This document shows positions 48,312-58,600 of a stretch of DNA of 64,000 nt, one piece after another; position 1 is the first letter of the stretch, and each line of letters begins with the position of its first letter. The position numbers were made by a program, and so were the translations under genes. The stretch comes from an uncultured bacterium. Its GTDB lineage: Bacteria > UBP4 > UBA4092. The notes below the pieces were generated by a model. That model did no database searches. It saw nothing but the letters and a program-made list of their open reading frames with translations, and was not told the origin of the DNA. Location of the stretch: contig CAZXWN010000001.1 of assembly GCA_964644695.1 (NCBI GenBank), forward strand, positions 244,869 to 308,868. Direction: 5' to 3'.

Positions 48312-49325
48312 ATGTTGAGTTTGCCTATACAAAACAACATAATATCAACTGTAAATCCTTACCCCTTAATTGACGAGCTTCTATACTCTCATCTTGATAA
48401 ACTTGAAGCATTGTTAATTCAATCTGTTCGGACTGATTCAACTTTAGTATCAAAATCAGCTGAATACCTGGTAAAAGCAGGCGGTAAACGTTTTCGACCC
48501 ATGCTGGCATTATTGTTTTCAGGTATGACGGGTGGTATATCCCCCTTTATCTTGGATTTATCAGCCGCGATTGAATTATGCCATACGGCAACACTGATTC
48601 ATGATGATATTATCGACGATGCAAATGTTAGACGTGGTATTCCAAGTGTAAATCAGAAATATGGAAATCAGGTTGCTGTATTAAGTGGAGACTATCTTTA
48701 TGCTGTGGCTAGTCAAATCATGGCAAGGAATAAAGATTTATCTTTTAATAAATTATTTGCAAACTGTGTAAAGAACCTTGTTGAAGGGGAAATTATTGAA
48801 ATTGAAAAAGGTTTTCAATTCGATACAACAATTGATGAGTATTTGAGGATTATCAATAAAAAAACAGCTGTTTTAATTGCTCTTAGCTGCAGATTTGGCG
48901 CAATGGTCAATGAGAGTAGTACTGAAAAAGTTGAGGCTGCAGAAAGATATGGCCATAATTTAGGTATTGTTTTCCAAATTATTGATGACCTATTGGACTA
49001 TACAAGCAGTGCGGATGAATTTGGCAAACCTGTCTTACATGACATGGTTGAAGGTAAAATTACTTTACCATTAATTATGTTGAGAGACTCATTAGATTTG
49101 AATGACAGAAATCGTTTAGAGAGTATCCTTGGTGATAGTATAGAGATTAAGGATTTGGAGTGGGTACTTGATATGATGCACACACTGCAAATTACTAATA
49201 AAGTCAGAGAATATGCTTTAAATATCGCTATGGATGGTAAAGAACAGCTGAATGTTTTTCCTGATTCAAAGTATAAGCAGGCCTTAATCCAGTTAAGTGA
49301 GTTTGTTGTATCTCGACGAAGCTAA
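48312..49325 (+). CDS. Polyprenyl diphosphate synthase (IspB/HepT-like)
   Basis: GGKRFRP, LIHDDIID...RRG, KTA, FQIIDDLLD. Confidence 0.92.
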   Translation: MLSLPIQNNIISTVNPYPLIDELLYSHLDKLEALLIQSVRTDSTLVSKSAEYLVKAGGKRFRPMLALLFSGMTGGISPFILDLSAAIELCHTATLIHDDIIDDANVRRGIPSVNQKYGNQVAVLSGDYLYAVASQIMARNKDLSFNKLFANCVKNLVEGEIIEIEKGFQFDTTIDEYLRIINKKTAVLIALSCRFGAMVNESSTEKVEAAERYGHNLGIVFQIIDDLLDYTSSADEFGKPVLHDMVEGKITLPLIMLRDSLDLNDRNRLESILGDSIEIKDLEWVLDMMHTLQITNKVREYALNIAMDGKEQLNVFPDSKYKQALIQLSEFVVSRRS

Positions 49326-49330
49326 ATCAA

Positions 49331-50068
49331 ATGCCCTTACATAATAAGGCAATCAAAGTATTCCTATCAATAATTAACGTCCTCTCTTCGAAAATATTTT
49401 TTCTAATTATTGCCTCTTTACTAATTCTATTTTGTTTCTTTAGTTTATTAGTTCCCCAGCTTTCTTCCAGCAATGATATTGTTGGGCAAAATTCTACAGC
49501 ATTTATACAAGTTATTTCACTGATTCAATTAAATGCCATATTTCAATCGTATTTCATGATTATATTGTTTGCTCTTCTTTACATTGGGCTGGTGATTTCC
49601 TGCATAAAAAGTGTTTTTTGTAAATGTTCCATAAGTGCAACGGATGTAATACATTTGGCGATTATCATTACTTTGTCAGGATTTATCCTTAACTTATCCT
49701 TTTGGTCTTGGAATGAGAATTATGAAGTACTGATTAGTCCAAACGAAAAGATTACTGTGCCCAAGAGTAATGTTATTCTTCAGTTAGAAATGATTACTTT
49801 CAATTCCCATAATCAACCGTTGTCAGTCGTTTGCGTCCATACTTCCAGCCAAAATGGATTTGAAACTGAATTGGGGGTAAATAAGCCATTAAAAGTATCT
49901 GGATATTATCTTCACCAGGTTGGGATATATGATAATAACTCACTTATATGGAATGTATCACGATACCCATTTGATTGGTTGATAAATAGCGGATTTATCA
50001 TGATAGTTCTTGGAATGATAATCTGGGTGTTTGAAAGTAACTATCCCAAAAGTCTAAAAAAGGATTAA
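49331..50068 (+). CDS. Short ResB/CcsB-like cytochrome c biogenesis protein
   Basis: SLLVPQ, IFQSYFM..LF, VIHLAII, VNKPLKVSGY.LHQ, C-terminal TM; upstream of ccsA. Confidence 0.6.
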   Translation: MPLHNKAIKVFLSIINVLSSKIFFLIIASLLILFCFFSLLVPQLSSSNDIVGQNSTAFIQVISLIQLNAIFQSYFMIILFALLYIGLVISCIKSVFCKCSISATDVIHLAIIITLSGFILNLSFWSWNENYEVLISPNEKITVPKSNVILQLEMITFNSHNQPLSVVCVHTSSQNGFETELGVNKPLKVSGYYLHQVGIYDNNSLIWNVSRYPFDWLINSGFIMIVLGMIIWVFESNYPKSLKKD

Positions 50069-50083
50069 AGGGTAGCTTATTCA

Positions 50084-50989
50084 ATGATCCATATCTCATG
50101 CAGTGAAATAATTATTTCGTTGGTTTATGTATTAATGGGAATACAGTTGTTTATTGCTTTTTTTACTTCGGAAAAGCAATGGTACATATATTTTCAAAAA
50201 ATAAGTGTTTTGGTGTTTACGATTTTAATGGGAATGGGACTTTGTTTGCGTTGGATTGAGTCTGGGCATGTACCATTTTCTAATATGTATGAGAGTATGT
50301 TGTTATTTGTTTTCTCAGTAATACTTGTACAAATGTTTCTATACTTTAGAAACGATAGATATTGTAAGGCCATAAATTTAAATGTATTTCTATTAATATT
50401 CTTGGGATATGCGTTAGCTTTACCACCAGTAAGCTGGCTTATAAATATTGGCAATCTCATAACGGGTAAACTGTTTTCAAGAAACTGGATTGTGTATCCT
50501 GAGAAGCTTCCTGAAAGGTTAAATCCAATCTTAGATACTATTTGGTTTCAAATCCATGTGCCCCTTTTCTTTATAGGATTTTCATTCCTGGCTGTTGGCT
50601 CCTTTTTATCATATAGATATCTGATGAATTCTTATCATGAATCATCAGAATCAAATGCAATTGACTACTTCAAATCATCTTACTACTTAAATCAAATTGG
50701 TTTTTTATTTATAACAGCTGGATTAGTTTCAGGTGCATATTGGGCGAAAATAGCATGGACGCGATATTGGAATTGGGATCCAAAGGAAACGTGGAGTTTA
50801 ATCCTGTGGTTGGCATATGCTTTTTACTTTCATGTCGAAAAGACAAAACTTGATGCACCTAAAAGAATGGCTTATATATCGGTATTTGGACTTGTTATCA
50901 TATTATTATGTTATCTTGGAGTAAATGTAATATTTCCCCAATTCACTGGTAAGGATATGGGGCTCCATTCTTATGGCGTAATTAAATAG
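50084..50989 (+). CDS. ccsA: Cytochrome c biogenesis protein CcsA/ResC (system II)
   Basis: HVPFSNMYES, W..IHV, GAYWA..AW.RYWNWDPKETW (WWD domain), GLHSY. Confidence 0.9.
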   Translation: MIHISCSEIIISLVYVLMGIQLFIAFFTSEKQWYIYFQKISVLVFTILMGMGLCLRWIESGHVPFSNMYESMLLFVFSVILVQMFLYFRNDRYCKAINLNVFLLIFLGYALALPPVSWLINIGNLITGKLFSRNWIVYPEKLPERLNPILDTIWFQIHVPLFFIGFSFLAVGSFLSYRYLMNSYHESSESNAIDYFKSSYYLNQIGFLFITAGLVSGAYWAKIAWTRYWNWDPKETWSLILWLAYAFYFHVEKTKLDAPKRMAYISVFGLVIILLCYLGVNVIFPQFTGKDMGLHSYGVIK

Positions 50990-51008
50990 AAAGAGAGAAC
51001 ATGTTATT

Positions 51009-51701
51009 GTGAGTGTTGATGAAAACATTCGAATATTAAAGGATCGTATTCAGCAAGCAGCTGAAAAATCGTCCCGAAATCCTAATGATATAACTCTAAT
51101 GGCTGTAACAAAAATGGTCTCTGCTGAACTGATAAATAATGCAATTGATTGTGGAATTACATGTATTGGAGAAAACTGGGTTCAAGAGGCCAGGGAGAAA
51201 TTTCATTTAATTAAGCCCGTTGAAAAACACATGATTGGTCATTTACAAACCAATAAGGTTAGATATGCATTGGATTTATTTGATTGTATCCAATCGGTTG
51301 ATAGAAAAAATCTGGTTGATGAGATTGTGAAGAGGACACAAGTAAATCGTAAAAGCATACGTACCTTTATAGAGGTAAATACATCTGCTGAAGAGCAAAA
51401 ACATGGATGTATGCCTGAATCTGTATATGAATTGGTAAAATATGTAGGAGACTATCCTTCAATTATCGTTGAAGGGTTAATGACTGTTGGACCTCTTACT
51501 GAGGATAAAACTAAAGTTCGAGATAGTTTCAAGAAGTTGAAAGAGATATTTGAAAGTGTAAAATTAATGAATATCCCCAATGTTAAAATGTGTCATTTAT
51601 CAATGGGGATGAGTGGCGATTTCGAGGAAGCGATAGAAGAGGGCAGCACAATTATACGGGTTGGCACTGCAATATTTGGTTCCCGTGCATACAATAAATG
51701 A
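51009..51701 (+). CDS. yggS: PLP homeostasis protein YggS
   Basis: AVTK, GENWVQE, HMIGHLQTNKV, LSMGMSGDF, RVGTAIFG. Confidence 0.95.
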   Translation: MSVDENIRILKDRIQQAAEKSSRNPNDITLMAVTKMVSAELINNAIDCGITCIGENWVQEAREKFHLIKPVEKHMIGHLQTNKVRYALDLFDCIQSVDRKNLVDEIVKRTQVNRKSIRTFIEVNTSAEEQKHGCMPESVYELVKYVGDYPSIIVEGLMTVGPLTEDKTKVRDSFKKLKEIFESVKLMNIPNVKMCHLSMGMSGDFEEAIEEGSTIIRVGTAIFGSRAYNK

Positions 51702-51711
51702 AAGGTAAATT

Positions 51712-52527
51712 ATGAGCAATAACTTAAAGATTGGTGTGATTGGTGGAGGCAATATGGCCGAAGCCATTGTTAAAGGTTTATTAAAATCAGAAAACAATCG
51801 ACCTGCCAGTATTATTGTGAGCGATGTGTCAGCTTCAAGAAGAGACTATTTGGCACAAACATTACATGTGACTGTAACTGACGATAATACCCAGATTATT
51901 TTAAATTCTGATGTTGTTGTATTGGCAGTTAAACCAAATGTGGTCGAAGAAGTTATCGGGAATATTCGTGAAACGATAACGGACAAGCAGACGATTATCA
52001 GTATTGCTGCCGGTGTCAAAACTAAAAGTATAGAGAAATGGCTAAATCATCCAATTCCAGTCATAAGGGTAATGCCAAATACACCAGCCCTGGTGGGAGC
52101 AGGTATTTCTGCATTGGCTGCTGGGAAATATGCTTGTGATGAGAATATGAATATTGCCCGGGAAATCTTATCTAGTATCGGTAAGGTGGTGGATACAGAT
52201 GAGAAATTACTTGATGCCGTGACCGGTTTGTCAGGTAGTGGGCCGGCCTATGTTTTTGAGTTCATTGATGCGTTGGCGGCCGGTGGAGTAAAAGAAGGCT
52301 TGCGTAAAGATGTAGCATTATTATTGGCAGCCCAGACAGTTTTAGGTTCTGCACTGCTTGTTCTTGAATCAGGTGACCATCCTTCTATTTTGCGCGACAA
52401 AGTGACTTCACCGGGTGGAACTACGATAGCAGGTTTATATGCTTTAGAATCAGGCAGTTTCAAGGCTACGGTTATGGATGCCGTATCTTGTGCGACTGAA
52501 CGCTCACGCGAGTTAAGTGAAAAATAA
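51712..52527 (+). CDS. proC: Pyrroline-5-carboxylate reductase
   Basis: GGGNMA, LAVKP, RVMPNTP, GSGPAY, VTSPGGTT. Confidence 0.95.
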   Translation: MSNNLKIGVIGGGNMAEAIVKGLLKSENNRPASIIVSDVSASRRDYLAQTLHVTVTDDNTQIILNSDVVVLAVKPNVVEEVIGNIRETITDKQTIISIAAGVKTKSIEKWLNHPIPVIRVMPNTPALVGAGISALAAGKYACDENMNIAREILSSIGKVVDTDEKLLDAVTGLSGSGPAYVFEFIDALAAGGVKEGLRKDVALLLAAQTVLGSALLVLESGDHPSILRDKVTSPGGTTIAGLYALESGSFKATVMDAVSCATERSRELSEK

Positions 52528-52529
52528 AA

Positions 52530-53165
52530 ATGATCGATAAACCTTATATTCGTGAACAGATTGTCCAAATTGGTAAACGGTTGTACTCTCATGGTTATAT
52601 TGTTGGCGCAGAAGGCAATATCAGTTTCAGGATTGAAAACGGTCTCTTGATAACGCCTTCTGGTAAATGTAAAGGTGAGATGGCCCCGGATGAAATAGTG
52701 GAGGTTTATTTATCAGATAATGACCAACCCTTTGCATCCAGTGAACTTCCTTTTCATCAATCAATTTACAGCAATAGACCTGATGTAATGGCTGTTATTC
52801 ATGCTCATCCAGCCACTGTGACCGCTATGGCAATTACAGGTCAAAAAATGGATAAGATATTTTTGCCAGAGATGATCCATACTACCGGTCCAATAGGATG
52901 GGTTGATTATGCCCCCCCTGGGACCGTTTTACTTGCGAAAGAAATTGGAAAAGAGATTGTTGAACATAATGTGGTTATTCTTGAAAATCATGGAGCAATA
53001 AGTGTTGGAAAGACACTTGAAGAGGCTCTTTATAGAATCGAGTATCTTGAACGGTATTGTAAGGTTTTATTGATGGCAAAAATGATTGGACCGGTAAACT
53101 ACCTGTCTGACAGACAAATAAATACTTTGTATGATTTGATTAAAGAAAGGAATAAGGAGATATAA
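52530..53165 (+). CDS. Class II aldolase/adducin family protein
   Basis: GNIS.R, ITPSG, SSE..FH, HAHP, LENHG. Confidence 0.88.
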   Translation: MIDKPYIREQIVQIGKRLYSHGYIVGAEGNISFRIENGLLITPSGKCKGEMAPDEIVEVYLSDNDQPFASSELPFHQSIYSNRPDVMAVIHAHPATVTAMAITGQKMDKIFLPEMIHTTGPIGWVDYAPPGTVLLAKEIGKEIVEHNVVILENHGAISVGKTLEEALYRIEYLERYCKVLLMAKMIGPVNYLSDRQINTLYDLIKERNKEI

Positions 53166-54056
53166 ATGAGTCAATTTTTGGAACGATTAAAAAGAGGGGA
53201 AGTATTAATTCTCGATGGAGCTATGGGGACTCAATTACAGTTAGCGGGTCTTGAATCTGGCGGCTGTGGTGATATTTGGAATATAGAGGAGCCAGAAAAA
53301 GTACAGGCTATTCACCGTACTTATTTAAATGCAGGTTCTGATATTGTTCTAACTAATACATTTGGTTCAAATTCATTAAGACTGCGTCATTATGATTTAC
53401 AAGACCGTTGCCTGGAAATTAATAGAGCAGGGGGGCAAATTGCCCGAAATGTTTTACCTGATAATCAGCATTATGTATTTGGAGATATTGGGCCCAGCGG
53501 TGAAATACTTGAGACTTCAGGAGGCCTTTTTGATGAAAAAGAGCTTTATGAAGTTTTTAAGCAGCAGGCAATGGCACTCTCAGATGGGGGTGTCGATGCC
53601 ATTGTAGTTGAGACAATGATGGCCTTGGATGAACTGTTATGTGCTATTCGTGCTGCCAAGGAAAACACTTCTTTACCGGTTGTTGCCTCTATGTGTTTTT
53701 CTCCAGGAGCCTTTGGTTATAAGACAATGATGGGTATTAGCCCAGAAAAACTTGTTACGGAAGCCATTGCTGCGGGAGCTAATGTTGTGGGGACTAATTG
53801 TGGTGATTGTACTATCGATCACATGATTCAAGTTATAACTCAGATGAAACAAGCTGCGCCAGATGCACTTTTAATGGCGGAGCCAAATGCCGGGTTACCT
53901 GTATTGGAAAATGGCGCCGTTGTTTATAAAGATACTCCTGAAATGATGGCAGAAAAATATCCATTACTTATTAGTGCTGGAGCTAATATTGTTGGTGGGT
54001 GTTGTGGTACAACTCCAAACCATATTGCGGCTTTGGCAAAAATTGTAAAAAAATAA
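53166..54056 (+). CDS. Homocysteine S-methyltransferase family protein (stand-alone MetH N-terminal-like domain)
   Basis: LDGAMGTQL, TNTFG, ETM, GTNC, PNAGLP, GGCCGTTP. Confidence 0.9.
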   Translation: MSQFLERLKRGEVLILDGAMGTQLQLAGLESGGCGDIWNIEEPEKVQAIHRTYLNAGSDIVLTNTFGSNSLRLRHYDLQDRCLEINRAGGQIARNVLPDNQHYVFGDIGPSGEILETSGGLFDEKELYEVFKQQAMALSDGGVDAIVVETMMALDELLCAIRAAKENTSLPVVASMCFSPGAFGYKTMMGISPEKLVTEAIAAGANVVGTNCGDCTIDHMIQVITQMKQAAPDALLMAEPNAGLPVLENGAVVYKDTPEMMAEKYPLLISAGANIVGGCCGTTPNHIAALAKIVKK

Positions 54057-54878
54057 CTATTTTTGGCAGACAGGGCAAAAATGAGTGCTTCTGCCTGCGA
54101 GAGTAATTTTATTAACGGGAGAACCGCAATTTACACAGGGTTCTCCCGTTTTTCCATAAACTTTCAAAAACTTCTGAAACTTCCCTGATTTTTCTTCATC
54201 GTCAACAAAAGTGTATACTGTCGTTCCCTTCATTCTTATTGCTGTTGTTAAAACATTGGGTATTGTTTTGCAGAGAAGGTCTATTTGTTCAGCCTTTAAT
54301 TGAGAAACATGTTTTAAAGGGTGAATACCTGCACGGAACAAACACTCATCAACATAAATATTCCCCAGCCCAGCAATTTTACTTTGATCCATCAGAAAAG
54401 CTTTTATGGGTCTATTGCTCTTGAAAAGAGCAACTATATTTGATTTCGAGAATGCCTTTGATAATGGGTCTATTCCTAAATGATAAAGTCCAGGTAAGGG
54501 GGAATAATCACTGGTATTCAACAAAGCTATTCGTCCAAAGGTTCGTGGGTCAATAAAACATAAAATCTGATTATTATCGAGGTGAAAAGTTATATGCGTA
54601 TGTTTGGGGAAAGTAGTATGACTATCAACAAGTAACAATCTGCCAGACATTCCCAGGTGAATAACCAATGTTTTCTCATCTGACAATTCAATGAGTAGAT
54701 ATTTCCCTTTTCGAGATATAGCATTAATTGCTAGATTCTGGATAGACTGCTGGAAGATTTTGGGTTTAGGATACTTTATAAGACGAGGGAGCAGGATTCG
54801 TGCAGAACGAATAACCCGATTTTTAATCTTCGGTTCCAGACTTCTTCTGACGGTTTCAACTTCCGGCAATTCAGGCAT
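54057..54878 (-). CDS. mutM: Formamidopyrimidine-DNA glycosylase
   Basis: PELPEVET, RKGKYL, HLGMSG, DPRTFG, GLGNIY, zinc finger CVNC...CPVCQ. Confidence 0.96.
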   Translation of the reverse strand: MPELPEVETVRRSLEPKIKNRVIRSARILLPRLIKYPKPKIFQQSIQNLAINAISRKGKYLLIELSDEKTLVIHLGMSGRLLLVDSHTTFPKHTHITFHLDNNQILCFIDPRTFGRIALLNTSDYSPLPGLYHLGIDPLSKAFSKSNIVALFKSNRPIKAFLMDQSKIAGLGNIYVDECLFRAGIHPLKHVSQLKAEQIDLLCKTIPNVLTTAIRMKGTTVYTFVDDEEKSGKFQKFLKVYGKTGEPCVNCGSPVNKITLAGRSTHFCPVCQK

Positions 54879-54882
54879 ATAT

Positions 54883-54915
54883 AAAAACCCCTAATGAATA
54901 TATCATAAGGGGTTT
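54883..54915 (-). terminator. Hairpin plus U-tract after pdaD, overlapping the probable mutM RBS
   Basis: Minus strand AAACCCCTTATGA-TATAT-TCATTAGGGGTTTTT, ending just before the mutM ATG. Confidence 0.5.
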
Positions 54916-54932
54916 CATTTCTTCAGATTCTA

Positions 54933-55481
54933 TTAGTCAATAAAAACGGCTGCAGAAACAACTGTGGTCCAAAGACCATCCTTGTCGCCTTCAGCAGTTT
55001 GAGTGACATTGGTGGTACGGTATATTTTATTATGTACTTTCCATAATTCTTTCCGAGCATCCCAATGAACATCTTCGTCAAAATCTATGCCCAAAGTTGA
55101 AGCTAACATGCATGCAGCCAAATCTTCAGTGTAATCAGCTGCATCATCTTCTTTCATACCAAAGGTATGGTGTTCACTTAAATATCCATATTGATTGGGA
55201 TCGGCTGGAACGGCAACACCCACGGAGGATGTGACAAGACGATTAGGTTCGTTTGTTGTATTTTCAGCAAGAACGACGAATACGATTTGACCCGGTTTTA
55301 ATAATGCTAATCCTTGTTTCTTGGAGATGATTTTGCACCCCGGGGGAAGAATACTGGATACTCTGACCAAGTTACATTTTTCAATACCTGCTTCACGCAG
55401 GGCAAGCTCAAATGATGACAGTTTTTGGCGATGCTTGCCAACACCTTTGGTAAAAAATACCTTAGTCGGGACGATGGGCAT
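54933..55481 (-). CDS. pdaD: Pyruvoyl-dependent arginine decarboxylase
   Basis: [22 protein letters not shown] (Ser-Ser self-cleavage), [16 protein letters not shown]. Confidence 0.9.
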   Translation of the reverse strand: MPIVPTKVFFTKGVGKHRQKLSSFELALREAGIEKCNLVRVSSILPPGCKIISKKQGLALLKPGQIVFVVLAENTTNEPNRLVTSSVGVAVPADPNQYGYLSEHHTFGMKEDDAADYTEDLAACMLASTLGIDFDEDVHWDARKELWKVHNKIYRTTNVTQTAEGDKDGLWTTVVSAAVFID

Positions 55482-55610
55482 GGACGCTAATTCATCTCCT
55501 CTGAAATAGAATAAAGATATATTAAAATATTAATCCATTTCTTAATAAAAATAAAGGATTGACAATCTTAATAAATAAATGCTTATTATGCAAAATTGTT
55601 CTAAAATGTA

Positions 55611-55638
55611 CATCGAACAAGATTGATCTCGTTCGATG
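55611..55638. repeat. 28-bp palindromic intergenic repeat, copy 4 (one mismatch)
   Basis: CATCGAACAAGAT-TG-ATCTCGTTCGATG. Confidence 0.88.
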
Positions 55639-55652
55639 TTCTTTTAACTCAG

Positions 55653-58600
55653 TTATGATGACAATTTATCCTTCAAATTCTGCAGGTTTGAAGAATCGGG
55701 GAAATAGGATAAGGCTTCCATTACAGCCTCTAACGCCTTGTCATTCTGTTGCTTATCTAAGTGTTTCTCAATCAGGATTATGTATTGTTCGAGAGCCTCT
55801 TTTTTCATATCCCGGACCATTAAGAGATCAATAAGTCTCCGTCGAATTGCAAAATGATAGGGATTGATGGAAAGAGTGCGATAAAAACTATCTGTTCGTG
55901 TATTACTTGTCTCATCATTTAATGTGGACGTCACACTGTTATCAACAGGTGCTGATGTTGTTGCCTGGGGTTTTTCTTCTGGTTTTTGAATCTGAGTTTT
56001 TATCTGGCTCAGATTGTTTTTTGCAATTTCAGCTTCCTGAACTTTATTCATTCTGCTGAAAGCCGTTTCATTGGTGGGATCAATTTTAAACACTTTATCA
56101 TATTGAGAAAGTGCATTTGTAAAATCATTGTAATAAAGGTAAGCGTCCCCTAAAGCAATATATTCATCAATCAATTCCGCTTCCATTCCTTGTTCAAGAA
56201 ATGTATCAATATATGCTTGATGCATCAGAATATCATTGGGTGTAACTTCGAGGATCTTTTTAAGGGTAACAAGAGTATTTTCAAGATCCCCTTTCATTTT
56301 ATAGATATCAACCAGTTTTTTGTATGTTTCAAGAGATTTATCTTTTTGGCCATTTGCTAAATAGCCTGAGGCAAGATGTTCAAAGGTTTTTAAGTTTGAA
56401 CCATCTAATTGAACACCTTTTTCTCCAGCCAACAATGCTTCCTGAGTATCACCGCTTCGACTGAAGAAATCGCATAAACGATGATAAAACCTTGCCAATT
56501 CAAGAGAGGGAGGACATTTAACCATATATTTAAGCAATAGCTTATGGTGAGACACATCAACAGGGCCAATACGGAATATATCTTTACAGATATTCCATCC
56601 CCGCGAAATATCATTTTGTTTGAAATATAACCCGGCTACTAAAAGATAATCATCAAGCAGATCTTCTTCAGGTCTGTATTTACGGGCATATTCCAGTATC
56701 ATTAAGCGCAAATCAACATTTTCCGGGTCTATGTCTGCTGCGCGTGAATAGTTGGCTAATGCTTCATCTGCATTGCTGGTTCGTTTGTAGTATTCAGCGA
56801 TATTAATGTATTCAGTAAGTGCTTTTTCTTTATTTCCAGAATCCAGATAGGTCTTTGCTAAGTGATGGCGAATTTCCATATCATTTGGATTGATCTTTAT
56901 AGCCATATCCAGGTTTTCGATTGCTTTCTCAAAATTGTTTTGAGATACATACAATCGGGCTACTTCACGGTACTCACGTATTACATCAGCTGGTCTTTCG
57001 GTCTGAATATACAAGTTAGCCAATGCTTGGTGCATTTCTATAGAGTCTGGAATCTTATTTAATACTTCTAACAGTATTTTTTCAGCTTCTTTGTACTGAT
57101 TATTATCACTATAAATTTTTGCGACATAAAGGGCTATCTTAATTGCTTGAGCGAAGTCCTTCTGATGATAATACACATCTAACAATAAGCGCTGAACATC
57201 CTTGTTAAGCGGTACTATTCCAATAGCTTCCTCTAAGATATTACGGGCTTTACTGTGTTCATTGTTTGATAGGTAAGTATTTGCTAATTTTAAATAATAT
57301 GAGATGTCCTGTTCAGAAGGCCCTTCCTGGAAGAATGCACAAATGAGTGATTCCAAAATACTAATGTTATTGGGATTTATTTCATAAGCTTTCTTCCAAT
57401 AAGTAACAGCGTCTGACCATTTTTCAAGTTCTTCATAAAGCGTTGCAATATTGATGAGCAAGGGCTCAGCCTTATCCATTTTGTTTGTTTCAAGGAAAGC
57501 TGTGGCTAATTTTATACGAGGGTCAATGGCTGTCCTGTCAGAATGAATAATATACTCAAGGACAGGAATGGCTTCCTGGTACGATTTATTACCCAGGTAA
57601 TAATCCCCCGCCGTTTGGAATTCTTTTAAAGCTTCATCCTTACGGTTTAATTGTTCAAGTAACCGGCCTGCTTCAAGCCTGAATCTTATTTCGTCAGGAT
57701 AATTCTCGACAACTTCATAGGTTACTGTCAGCGCATCATCGTATTGTCCCATTTCCTTGTGAAGAATTATTATTTTTTCAAAGGCTTTTAGAGCATCATT
57801 GGGCTTATTGTGATTTAGATAGAGATGGGCAATTCGCTGATATGTTGGAATATGATTAGGTGATATTTCCAGAATAGACGCCAATATTTTCAGATAGTGA
57901 GAAAGATCTCTATTTGCTAATAAGGCATCCGCTAACGTAGTTAGGGTATTAATACTGTCTTCGATTCGGTTTTGCTGTAAATAGCTTTTTGATAATGTAA
58001 CTGCGGCATTTGCATTTAAGGGTTCAATTTCCAATACTTGTTGCAATGCGTCATCTGCATCTTTGACTTGTCCTGATTTTCCATATAATGCGGATAAAGA
58101 TAATAAGGTCTTTATCGTAGAGTCTTTATCTCCATCTTGTTTATATTCAAAAACCAGCTGTTCAAGAGCCAGAACATCATTTTGATTCAAGGAAACAATT
58201 TTCTCAAGGATTGGTTTTATTGAACGACTGAGCTGTATATCCCGGATGAGCCTGATTGCTTTCCACAGGTAGTCAGGCGCTTTTTCTGACTGATTGGCAG
58301 AAATCAATACATCCGCAATCTCAAGCAGATAATGCTCATTAGTTGGATTATAACGACACAATTCCTCGAGATAACTCAGAGCGTTATCATAATCATTGTT
58401 ATTCACTGAATTGGATACTAATCTCTCAATATCCGTTGTAATATCTTGAGACTTTATCATTCCCTGGGACAATAAGCGCCGATCAGCGGATACTTTTAAA
58501 GTCAGAATTTCATAATCATCAGCATTTAATTCTAAAATTGATTGATAAATGGATGATGCATTTACCCAACTTTCTGTTTTCTGATGAACATTTGCTAAGT

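Noticed and set aside
22038-55481. An arginine/ornithine regulon, since the palindrome precedes both pdaD and the TIGR00300 gene
   Set aside because: The other two copies precede lipA and the kinase/bshB1-like pair, so a shared metabolic regulon is not supported.
13395-55638. The palindrome as a CRISPR repeat
   Set aside because: Copies are single and 10-19 kb apart, with no spacers and no cas genes.
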